This document shows positions 54,401-64,000 of a stretch of 64,000 nucleotides of DNA, one piece after another (the stretch's first letter is position 1; every line of letters begins with the position of its first letter). A model generated the notes under the pieces. It was not told where the DNA came from, did not search any database, and saw only the letters and a list, made by a program, of their open reading frames with translations. The DNA is taken from contig CM119372.1 in NCBI GenBank assembly GCA_051294905.1, forward strand, positions 11,782,001-11,846,000, written 5' to 3'. A program made the translations under genes and the position numbers. This stretch comes from Botryllus schlosseri (taxonomy: Eukaryota).

Positions 54401-57400
54401 TAGACCGAGTACAAAAAAGAGCATGAAGCCAACAAAGGCAAGGGTTTCACCCAAGTGAAAATTACACCGGAAATGGTGATTTCACAGTCGGTTCAGCCAT
54501 TTTTGAGCGAAAAATGGTACGCGGACGCTGCTAAACGAACGATGCAAGAATACAACTTGGACTCATGTAATATCTCAACAATGTGTTGCAGGAACACAAT
54601 TTTTGATTCATTTTCTACCTCTTCAAGCAGCTGTCCAAAGCATAGCACATGCGCTCCACACTCAGAAATCTGCGTCCGACGCACCGTACCTGAGTGATTT
54701 CAAGAAGAACATGGTTGGAAAATCTCGACAGGATCCAGCCAACTCCTATCCCGAATACCACCATGCAAAGAAAGTTTCGAAATTGATGAGCAAAGTATTT
54801 TGGCCTGCCTTTATCAAATTTTACGTTGGTGTGATGAAGCATTTTTGGTTTGCAGAAAGAGTACCTGAAAGACGCCGACAAAATAATGCACACACACAAC
54901 ATCCCTTTGGATTATCCTGTATTTGTCAATGCAAGACAAGTGGCGAAGAACGCCAGCGATGTGAGATATTGCATAAGTGTAGTGGTGCAACATTATGCAT
55001 ATTAAACTGATTGTGTTTGACATATTTGCAGGCTGAGTACAAGAAGCAGTTGAAGGATGTTATCAATTCGTACAGAGGTTTTCAAACCATGGACAGTACG
55101 GAGCATCCCATTGTGGTGCAAGGGATTAAAGCTGCAGATCTAATTTCTGAGGTAAAAATATTGACTTTAAAATTCACAATACGTAGATCTTTCAGCGGGA
55201 AGTCTCAGTATGAGCTTGTACCCACAAAATATTACCTTATAGTGTTGATTATGAAATATGTTGCCTTACAAGTAGACCTATGTCATTATTTTATGTCGCA
55301 TTAACCAATCAGCGACACATTTGCCTGTATTAATACTCACCGATCCCAGCTATGTCCATTGTATCTAGTTATGTGATGACATTTTATATCTAAATCCTTG
55401 CAAAAGTATTGTAAAGAAATATTGCCCATCTATTGGTTATAAACCGTCAACACGGGAATATTACCAATTTATATTGGTAACAGTTTGAACCTTAATGATA
55501 ACAATTTTTCCAAACAGAGTGATGAATTTTTTGAATTACCGCATTTTTCATAACAATTTTATGTAGTGGCGCAATTTCTCTCGGCAATACCAACTTTTTC
55601 ACAATGATTGCCTTTAAAACAGAAACAGAATAATGATAACAATTAGTCATCGTCAAGGAATTTGAAATTTGAAATAGAGTAGCGAGGTGAAATTCATGCA
55701 GAGATCTAAAGCGAAATTTCGCCTTCGTTTCGATTGCTGAAGCTATAATCCACAAATAAATTGTTTTCTACAAATCAGAAAAAGTACAAAGAAGACTACT
55801 TGGCGGACCGCGACCTCATATATTACCCCGTGCATATCACTCCCGGATACGAAACGGCTGTCAACGCCAGCAAGTTTGGCAGCGAAGTATATGAATAACA
55901 TCTAATCGCTTGCAGCCCTTAAAACGAGTAACACATCGAATGCGTTCCAGGTGGGATACAAGCGCAAAGGGCAAATGGAACAAGACAAGAACAATTACAT
56001 TTACACAGAGACGGAACGTTACAAAACGGATAAGGTTTTGGACAACCTGAAAGAAGTGAGATCATGGCTACGGGTCACATCTCTCCTTTTGCTTAACCTA
56101 ATCGCGTCTTTGTCTTTAGCTCAACTACAAAGAACCAGCTGACAAGTTCACGGCGATGAAGGTCACTCCTGAAATGGAGCTGTCCAAACTGGTACAAGGC
56201 ATCCTCAGCGACACCCATTACACGAAGCAAGCCAGGAAAATGTTTGACAAATACGACCTCAACATAGACGAACAGAAAATAGCCCACGCCCTCTCTGTCA
56301 GCGAGGTGAGTTCAAATTCCCTGATTATCCCGATCCTTATTTCCTCGCGTCAAGCGGTACCTTCCTGATGCAGAAAACTTCTCCGAATACCTATCTGAGA
56401 GATTTCAAGAAAAACATTGTCGGCAAGACTGTCACTGACACGTCGATTGCTTATCCGGAATACGAACATTTCAAGGACGTCTCGAAGATGATAAGCAAGG
56501 TATGATGCTGATTGCTACCAACGTCACAAACATTATTTATAAATGCATTTTTCCTTAGAACGAATATGTAAAAGACGCCGAGAAAATACTGCATCACCAT
56601 AATCTACCTTTGGATTACCCAGAGTTTGTCCGCGCCAAGGAGAGTGCTAAGAACTCAAGCGATGTGAGTTGAGAAATGCCGCTTGACGTAAATCTACATT
56701 GAGCTACCCGTTGTTGTTTTCTCATCAGATACATTATCAAAGGCAGCGGCAACAAGTCATCGATGCGTACCGGGGTTTTCAGACAATGGACAGCACGGAT
56801 CATCCTGTCGTGCAACAGGGAATAAAAGCAGCAGATCTCATGTCTGATGTAATGAAAATTATTGAGTGCATATTCGACGCGTCACGGCCTTTGTTTGGCT
56901 GATTTGTGTGTAATTCTATTACCTTACTTCAATATCAATCAATTCCTTGCAAATATTAGAAGACATCTATAATATGGGGTAGCTGAACAGGCCCTGAGTC
57001 ATGTTCGAATGGTCCCGAATTGCAGAGCAATATATTGTTGTATGTCACTGTCATAGCCGACAAGACAGCGTAATGGTAGAACGTCGGGCTTCTTGATTGG
57101 TAGGTTGTGGATTCAATCCCTGGCAGGGTCAAACCAAAGACCTGATCAGTAAGACTGGTATCTGTGACTTCCCCGCTTGGCGCTGAGCATATCTGGGATA
57201 GTATGGACGGGTGGTGCAAGACCAAGAAAACCTTGCAAGGGTACATTCGCATTTCCTTGTCCAGCGGCACATACACTACTGCACTCATGGTGCATATGCA
57301 CATATCATGTGTGTGTATCGTGAGTCGCTGCAAAAATATCAAGGATAAAAATATATAACATCTTATACCTGTGTGTTGTTTCGAAAGTTTGTCAGTAACA

Positions 57401-60400
57401 ACTTACTTCTACTTGTTCTTCTGCTTCTACTTACTTTTGAAATTCTCAACTAGATTTTGTCTACTTACGATACTCACTCAGGTCGTTATGGTTTTAGACT
57501 ACTTCTACTTCCACTTGAGTATCAACAATGACTACTTTGATCACCTCTGTCTGCATCCAATGTGTTGATGATGTGTCCTGTACGCGAATAATTATCAGAT
57601 TTCAAGTTATGCTTCACATTTCCAGGCTAAATACAAAGAAGACTACATGATCGACAGAAACATCATTTATTACCCGGTGCATTTAACTCCTGGATACGAA
57701 TCGGCTACAAACGTCAGCAAATTTCAGAGCGACGTAAGGAGTGCTTTCGGTGCGATCTGAGCGTCGTAACTATCTCGATTTCATCATACACAGGCACTGT
57801 ATAAAAGTCAGCACAACAAAACTAAAGCTGACAACAAATTTAATCCAGTTGAAACCGATCTGTACCAGACTGCAAAGGAAACGCAACGTACTGTAAATGA
57901 GGTATCACCTCATTCTTCTCACTGTCCAAGATATCATGTAGCCACCTATGATCTTTCCCACAGAAAAATTACAAAGACGACGCTCGCCAAAAGCTGTCCA
58001 CCGACTTCACGCCAATAGATGACACGCAAGAGATACTGATGTCAAAGAAATTGAAGCCTTTGCTGAGTCACAAAATATACGCCCAGCAGGCCAAGCAGAT
58101 GTTGAACAAATACAATCTGGACGCTGGAATCCCGGTATGTCCAGATGTACACAGTAGCACATACTGCTGATATTCAAGGTTCTAAGTCCTAAACACTAAA
58201 TAAAACAGCTCTATTTCAGAAACGATTTGCCGTGCTAGTACTCAAATACTTTTTTAGTCTAGTAAAGGCAATGAACATTTTGTCATTTGTCATTGAGTCA
58301 AGGATAATAATTATATTGTTCACGTGCAGGAAATAGCACAGGCACTCTTTGCGACACAACTCCTGTCAAAGAAACATTATCAAGAGCAATACCAGAAAGA
58401 GCAAGTGGGAAGTGCTCCCCACGATCTCACCATGTCCTACCCGGAATGTGACCATGCGAAGCACGTGTCGGAATTAGTCAGCAAGGTACGCGACGCTGAT
58501 TATCTATAGATTACGAGCGCATCAGCATACTTGCTTTTGTCCGACAGAAAAATTATGCTAAAGCAGGAGAAGAGTTGCAGCATAGCTTCAAAATGCCGGC
58601 GGACATGCCGGAAATAGCGAGAGCAAAGGAAACTACGGAAAACACCAGCGATGTATTTAAAATTTAACGCTACCAAATCTCATAATACTAACGGTCAGTT
58701 TCTATGTCGCTAGGTCAAATACAAAAGGCAGCTGCACGAAGTCAACGAAAAGTTCCGCGGATTCCAAACCATGGACCCGAAAGACCACCCTTCGATACAG
58801 CAAAGTCAAAGGGCTGCCGGTCATTCCGATGTAAGATCGCTAAATTAGATATAAATATGTTTGATCGCTCTTCATTCGACAGCCACTGTAGCCCAGACGT
58901 GACCCAAGCCCGGGTAAATGCGCAGTAGGGCTCTTCAAATATGACTTTTTTTCTCAAATCGTACTGGCTACTTTATAGAATTGTCAGGTTACCTAATTTA
59001 AGCCTACACACAAAATTTAGTTCAATTCCAGCCAGTAACCGCTTTGCTACAGGAGAAGAAAGTTTCTATTATCTAAAAATAAATAATAAAAATTTTGAAA
59101 ATTTTCTGTTCACCCCATGAAAGTGTTAGGCTGTCTATAGAAACGATGCTCACCAAATTTGGTTCAATTCCAACCAGTGGAAGCGGAGTTATTGCCGTCG
59201 AAAAATTGTGATTTGTATAAAATAGTATTTACGGTGACCGATTCTTTGTTTATTTATTATAGTTGTGCTAACCGTAAATACTATTTTATTGAAATCCAAA
59301 TTTTTCGACGGCAGTAACTCCGCTTTCGCGGGTTGGAATTGAACCAAATTTGGTGAGCATCGTTTCTATAGACAGCCTAACACTTTCATGGGGTGAACAG
59401 AAAATATTCAAATTTTTTATTAGTTATTTTTATATAATAAATAGAAACTTTCTTCTCCTGTAGCAACGCGGTTACTGGCTGGAATTGAACCAAATTTTGT
59501 GTGTAGGCTTAAATTAGGTAACCTAACAATTTTATCAAGTAGCCAGTATGATTTGAGAAAAAAAGTCATTTTTGAAGAGCCCTAATGCGCAGGGTTGCAG
59601 CAGCAGGAAGGCAGGGTTATAATGACTCGAGTCGCGATTTTACGGAATATGACTCGACTCGACTTGAGTAAATCTGTGTATTGACTGGACTTGTACTCGA
59701 GTCATTGCGCATGACTCGGACCAAGTCATATGACTCGAGACTGTGACGGCCAAGACCGACATTTCGTTTGTAATTTCAAAGAGAAGTAAAGTTACCACAC
59801 TATTGGTATTTCGTCTATTAGTATTGGTACTTGAAAATGCGACCAGGAACTGTTCAAAGTGATGAAAAATAGTATATTATGAATGCGAAGCATTCAATAT
59901 CACCAAGCAGAGTTGTGAAAAGTGGGTTTCACAAGGCTTCAACTCGAAACTGAACAGTCAACACAATGACTTGGAATCGGACTCGAGTCATAGCACTATG
60001 ACTCGGACTCGGACTTGTCTCGGTGGTGAATTGAAAATGACTCGACTTCACTCTAATGAAAATGATATATTGGAGATAGACTTGTGACTCGGAAGCTTGT
60101 GACTTGGTTACAACCCTGTAGTAAGGACAACTGACGTAAAACTTTAGCCAAATCATTGAGCACCAGAGGTAGTTAATGAAGAAGTACTTATACTTTTTCG
60201 AAGTACTCAGCTAGGTTGTACTATTTTTTAGGCAAATCTCTGCCTACAATAGTTACTTTTTTACTTGTATATCGCTACTTCAACTTGCGCTTGATTGGAA
60301 AATTATGTCGTTTCTTTTACATCTGTTTGTGTGTGGTTGTGATAAAGGATTCTTCCATTTCAAATTCGGGTATATTTTTCCAGTTGAAATACAAGGAGGA

Positions 60401-63400
60401 TTACGAGATGGACAAGAGTTACATCTACTTCCCGGTACATTTGACTCCTGGGTATGAATCGGTGCAGGGTCAGAAGGCGCAGAGCGAGGTGAGTACGTTT
60501 TTGCAAATCTGGTCAACAAATTGCGTTACCGTTTCGTTCTCTCAAAGTCTGTGTACAAGCAAAAACACAACAGCGAAAAAGCGGCAAATCGTTTCAACGT
60601 CACCGACACTGAGCAGTATCAGGCCAACGTGGTGCTGAAGAACTTGATCGATGATGTAAGATTTAGAATCGTGAGTTATTGTTTTACGTCGGTGCTCACG
60701 AGAGGCAATCTTGTTTCAGCGAATTTACAAAAAAGACTTGGAAACAATGACAACAGAATTCTCTTCGGTACCCGATTCCGTGCAACAACTTCACCTGAAC
60801 GCGGTTCAAACTCTAACGAGCCAGGTGAGCAGTATATCCCATTCTAAAGATGATTAAGTTTTGATAACAATACCGTGTTAACACATATCGTCGATTACAG
60901 AAACGCTATTCCGACGACGCAAAAAAGACCCTTGATAAGTACAACATCGACGCCAGCGAATTGCAGATTTCCCACGCGTTAGCCACTGCGCCGTTATGCT
61001 CCTCTGTCCGTTACAAAAACGACTTCAAAAAAGACGTTGTCGGCAAGCCGAGAAGCAAGCAGGACTTGGAAACCTATCCCGAGCACTTAAATGCCGGCAA
61101 GGTTTCAAAACTGACCAGCAAGGTGATCTGATTTTACCTATAAAGAGGTGGTCAGGAATGACGTACTCGACTAGGTTTTGTGTACTTGTGGTACTTACCC
61201 AAGTGATTATGATTTTAGACAACATCTACTTATACTTTACAGTTTTCAGGCAAAACTAAGCCTAGAATGTATACTTTTCCTTATTTGAAAATCACCGCTG
61301 CAACTTGTACTAGAGTAGAAATTTATATTTGAGTACCAACTATGACTATTTTGAGCTACTTGGCAAAAGGTGGAATACGCAAAAGACGGAGAAGCAGCGC
61401 GTCACCAATTCACGTTGCCGGCCGACATGCCAGAAATCGAGCTTGCCAAAACCGCCGCTAAAAACGCTAGCGATGTGAGACTGTCATATTATTTAAAGTC
61501 AAACAGCACCACTGCATTTGCTTCATCGTGCATTTCAGCTTATTTACAAGAAGCAAAGGGCGGAAGTTATCGGTTCGTACCGCGGCTTTCAAACGATGGA
61601 CAGCAAAGACCATCCTGTTGTGCAGCAGGGACTCAGAGCGGCGGACTTGATCTCGGATGTGACCGCTTGCCGTTAAACGTTAAATTTCATCATCTGCAAG
61701 TACTTTTTTTTCAGATAAAATACAAAGAAGACTACATGATCGACAGAAATCTTATTTATTACCCTGTACACATAACGCCCGGGTATGAATCTGCGATAAA
61801 GGCCAGCCAGTTCAACAGCGATGTAAGTCCATTACGGCGATGATTTTTTATTTTTAACACATTTACCACCAATGATGAATAAATGATATACCTTTGTGCT
61901 TTAGGCTTATTTTCAACTTGTAAATGTTGTGGACTACGCTTCTGGTCAATGAGTGTTGTTCGCATTATCGTATGGTACGGTTTTGAAAGTTACTACAAGC
62001 GTCTGTGATATTAAATTATTTTAAATCCATGCGAAGATTTTGAAGTTATTGAATCTGAATTGAACATAATATTAATACCATAAACTCTTACAGTTCAACT
62101 ACCAAAAATCCGCTAAGAAGAATCTCGGAGATGTGCATTACAATGTGACGTTGACCGAAGCGTACAAAGACCTGAAAGACAAGGAAAAACTATCTGACGT
62201 ATGACGATATTTCACATCCAGCACAACGAGATTAAAATTCACACTCCGTTTTTGCAGCATGCATACAAAGAACATCCGTCGAAGGTTTTGTTCACGCAAA
62301 TCGCAGACGCTCCGGACGTCAAACACGCGAAGGCGGTGCAAGCGTTGACGAGTTACTCGTTCTACAAAAATGCAGCGAAGAAAATGATGGATAAGTACAA
62401 CTTGACCATCGACGACCAGCACACAACGCATGCATTGCTTGCCAGTAAGGTAAGTGACCGTGAATACTTCAATTTTTCTGAAATATCACTTTTTATAAGT
62501 TTCTTTATTTGACGGAGGAAATTTTCGAATTGACAGAGTGCATTTAAAAAAAATTCTTGAGCCTTGCATTATTGGAGTTCTGTTAGAATACAAAAATAAA
62601 TAAAAATCATCGGTATCAGTTTATTAATATTTTCATCGTATCATAACATCACAAGACTGTAACACAATGAAAATATAGGGTCAAAGTTGTTTCAATACAG
62701 TGTTCTAGATTTGTGAGTGCAAAACAACTTTCCACTTTGTATCTTTCAATACCTAATTAAACAACCCGGCGGTTTATAAAATGAAATAATTTTTCGAAGC
62801 TCTTCTCCGGTGTCAACTACAAGAGCGATTATGACAAGAACGTCAAAGGAACAATGCTGGCAAAAACAATGGAAAGCTATCCAGAGCATCAGAACGCCAT
62901 GAAAGCTTCGAAGAATCTAAGTCAGGTAAGTTGCTGGAATCATGAAGATAAGATTATATTTATGTTGAATGCTCTTGAATATTTGCATGACAACTAACGG
63001 AATAACATCTCAGGTGGAATACCAGAAAATGGCCGACGAGTTGAAACACTTCTACTCTCTTCCCGTTGACATGCCGTCAATCACTCACGCCAGGCAGGTC
63101 GCTGAAATGCAAAGCAATGTAAGTATGGTGGTAAGCTGTAAAAATCCTGTCGTAATGAACCTTGTGTTTAGATAAACTATGTGAAATCGCGCAAAGAAGT
63201 CATTGACGGGTTTCGAGGATTTCAGACCATGGACAGCAAAACACATCCCGTCGTGCAGCGGGGAATTAAAGCGGCTGATTTGATTTCCGAGGTTGGTAAT
63301 ATTGTGGATGTCGCCAGCAAGTTCTTGGTGCTTAGTGCTCGAGAGTGTCTTCTTCACTTTTCTGTTGTACAAGACTTTTAATAGATTTGCATTTCTTCTA

Positions 63401-64000
63401 TATGGGGCTAGTGATGTAGCTGCTGTAGGAATGAATATGGTTTCAAAGTAACATTTTTTACCTCATCCCATGGTAACCTTGAACATTTTTGGAGTTCCAC
63501 ATAGATAAAATGTTTCTAGGAACAATTGTATGGCTCATTGTTTCAAGTATCCTTTCAACTTTAGCACTTAGCTCTCACTAATATTTCATCATGCGCAGGA
63601 TATTTCACACCAAACATAGAAACTGATGTCATTTTGTATTCTCAGCGCAAATACAAGGAGGAATATTTGGCCGATCGAAATCTAATCTACTATCCAGTCC
63701 ATCTCACTCCGGGATACGAGGCTTCCACGAGTGCTAGCAAATTTGCCAGTGATGTAAGAAAATATGTGCGGCACACTCATACATGTAATATTAAGCTCTG
63801 TAATACAGGCTGATTACAAGAAATCGTACAGAAGCGAACTGTCAAACTATCACAACTTTCCGGCAGAGCAGACTCCGACGTACAAATCCGCTAAAGAACA
63901 CGATGAATTAACTAATGAAGTCGGTATTTGTATTTCTGCAAAGTCAAGCAAGCGTCAGTAATGTCAATGCCATTCTTGTTTAGAAACGATACAGGCAGAA
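26961..64000 (+). CDS. NEB: Nebulin-family giant actin-binding muscle protein, multi-exon, about 3,800-3,950 aa encoded in the window, 3' end beyond the window
   Basis: About 90 GT-AG exons, mostly 105-120 nt and phase 0, splice into 35-40 aa modules with SxxxY joints and TPE/YPE cores, organised as seven-module super-repeats. Exons are secure from 32408; the start exon (MSNKDE, 26961-26978) is tentative. Orthology to vertebrate NEB versus NRAP cannot be proven here. Confidence 0.88.
28431..29085. mobile_element. hAT MITE (family of 20905-21728)
   Basis: CAGAGGTGGCCAAC / GTTGGCCGCCCCTG; degenerate TSD ATGTAAAT / GTATAAAT. Confidence 0.85.
29957..30427 (+). CDS. Putative N-terminal exon of the nebulin gene (basic patch followed by an acidic Tyr/Ser/Thr-rich segment)
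   Basis: Stop-free frame AQIQRRDTEVTPGSNGGKRKKKVLVKKKKGQNSPTEIKPTSPPGTSETYYEYPIGEYSVEG...; phase-0 donors at GAG|GTTCG (~30334) or CAG|GTAATG (30427); the acceptor is weak. Confidence 0.45.
32408..34482 (+). CDS. Nebulin N-terminal simple repeats; exons 32408-32524, 33267-33374, 33461-33565, 33909-34022, 34369-34482
   Basis: GFEG...MTPQMMHALKMSQTQSQ | NTYKKTYNEQVKGKGSAATDTVETRRVKKLTTEQSL | LNYHKDFESAKSKGYTAVTETPELQRIRKQQTHHD | LDYTREMK...LPEIDIAKKVSEQSSK | KGYREDYERNK...AISE; all phase 0 with GT-AG boundaries. Confidence 0.85.
34547..36883 (+). repeat. Nebulin super-repeat 1 (divergent)
   Basis: YYPVNLTPMYE module through YRGYQTMETKHHP module; 7 modules. Confidence 0.85.
36428..36456. repeat. 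(CT)n microsatellite
   Basis: About 14 CT units in a nebulin intron. Confidence 0.9.
36937..38960 (+). repeat. Nebulin super-repeat 2
   Basis: EDWEYDKSCVYYPVHITPGYE ... HRGYQSLDPQDHP. Confidence 0.9.
39491..40992 (+). repeat. Nebulin super-repeat 3
   Basis: Six exons, seven modules. Confidence 0.9.
41205..43068 (+). repeat. Nebulin super-repeat 4 (five exons; one intron missing)
   Basis: Fused exon 42610-42878. Confidence 0.9.
43563..44692 (+). repeat. Nebulin super-repeat 5
   Basis: Six exons, seven modules. Confidence 0.9.
44763..45820 (+). repeat. Nebulin super-repeat 6 (254 aa)
   Basis: Exons 44763-44870, 44927-45034, 45099-45258, 45318-45478, 45538-45642, 45701-45820 total 762 nt. 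Confidence 0.92.
45881..47606 (+). repeat. Nebulin super-repeat 7
   Basis: Six exons, seven modules. Confidence 0.9.
48016..48520. mobile_element. Fold-back MITE with TTAA TSD (Kolobok-like AG...CT termini)
   Basis: TTAA|AGGGGCACTGCACTCTAAAA ... TTTTAGAGTGCAGTACCCCT|TTAA; about 200-bp inverted arms. Confidence 0.85.
49340..49986. mobile_element. Fold-back MITE (left tip lost); same family as 58926-59584
   Basis: About 300-bp inverted arms around a short spacer; close match to 58926-59584. Confidence 0.88.
50495..53330 (+). repeat. Nebulin super-repeat 9
   Basis: Six exons, seven modules. Confidence 0.9.
50708..51791. mobile_element. hAT-type MITE with TCCGG subterminal motifs; probable small nested element at about 51048-51258
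   Basis: TAGGGTTGCCA / TGGTAACCCTA; perfect TSD CCATAGTT. Confidence 0.88.
53395..55151 (+). repeat. Nebulin super-repeat 10
   Basis: Six exons, seven modules. Confidence 0.9.
53986..54383. mobile_element. hAT-type MITE with AAGTTGC subterminal repeats
   Basis: TAAGGCAAGTTTT / AAAACTTGCCCTA; perfect TSD CTAATTAT. Confidence 0.88.
55779..56848 (+). repeat. Nebulin super-repeat 11
   Basis: EDYLADRDLIYYPVHITPGYE ... YRGFQTMDSTDHP; module-4 intron at a different position. Confidence 0.9.
57056..57356 (+). mobile_element. tRNA-derived SINE
   Basis: A-box-like AGCGTAATGGTAG and B-box-like GGATTCAATCCC, followed by a non-tRNA body and an A-rich end. Confidence 0.6.
57626..58830 (+). repeat. Nebulin super-repeat 12
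   Basis: YYPVHLTPGYE ... FRGFQTMDPKDHP. Confidence 0.9.
58926..59584. mobile_element. Complete fold-back hAT-type MITE
   Basis: TAGGGCTCTTCAAA / TTTGAAGAGCCCTA; about 310-bp inverted arms; perfect TSD ATGCGCAG. Confidence 0.92.
59612..60118. mobile_element. hAT-type MITE with GACTCG subterminal arrays
   Basis: CAGGGTTATAA / TTACAACCCTG; degenerate TSD CAGGAAGG / TAGTAAGG. Confidence 0.75.
60384..61658 (+). repeat. Nebulin super-repeat 13
   Basis: YFPVHLTPGYE ... YRGFQTMDSKDHP; modules 4 and 5 lie in one exon, 60901-61122. Confidence 0.9.
61715..63291 (+). repeat. Nebulin super-repeat 14
   Basis: YYPVHITPGYE ... FRGFQTMDSKTHP. Confidence 0.9.
63646..64000 (+). repeat. Nebulin super-repeat 15 (partial, runs off the window)
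   Basis: RKYKEEYLADRNLIYYPVHLTPGYE exon, the next module exon, and the start of a third exon. Confidence 0.85.

Noticed and set aside
57056..57130. tRNA gene
   Set aside because: A and B boxes are present but there is no convincing cloverleaf or acceptor stem, and it continues into a SINE-like body.

Overview
Eukaryotic, AT-rich, intron-containing DNA from an invertebrate animal, probably a non-vertebrate chordate such as a tunicate; that taxon call is an inference from a super-repeat nebulin with many 55-80 nt introns. Two host genes are present. (1) A five-exon Golgi carbohydrate 6-O-sulfotransferase (CHST1/3-like; 7382-14085, +, about 403 aa). (2) A giant nebulin-family gene on + from about 27-32 kb that runs off the right edge. 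It has 5 N-terminal simple repeats followed by 14 complete and 1 partial seven-module super-repeats of about 254 aa. These lack the vertebrate WLKGIGW motif and instead carry YYPVHITPGYE and YRGFQTMDS.xHP signatures. The rest is a dense transposon landscape: two inverted, decayed Penelope-like retroelements, each with a minimal hammerhead ribozyme; LINE tails; a tRNA-derived SINE; a TTAA fold-back element; and more than 15 non-autonomous hAT-type MITEs with visible target-site duplications, several nested inside one another. All exon and element boundaries were read by eye and may be off by a few bases.
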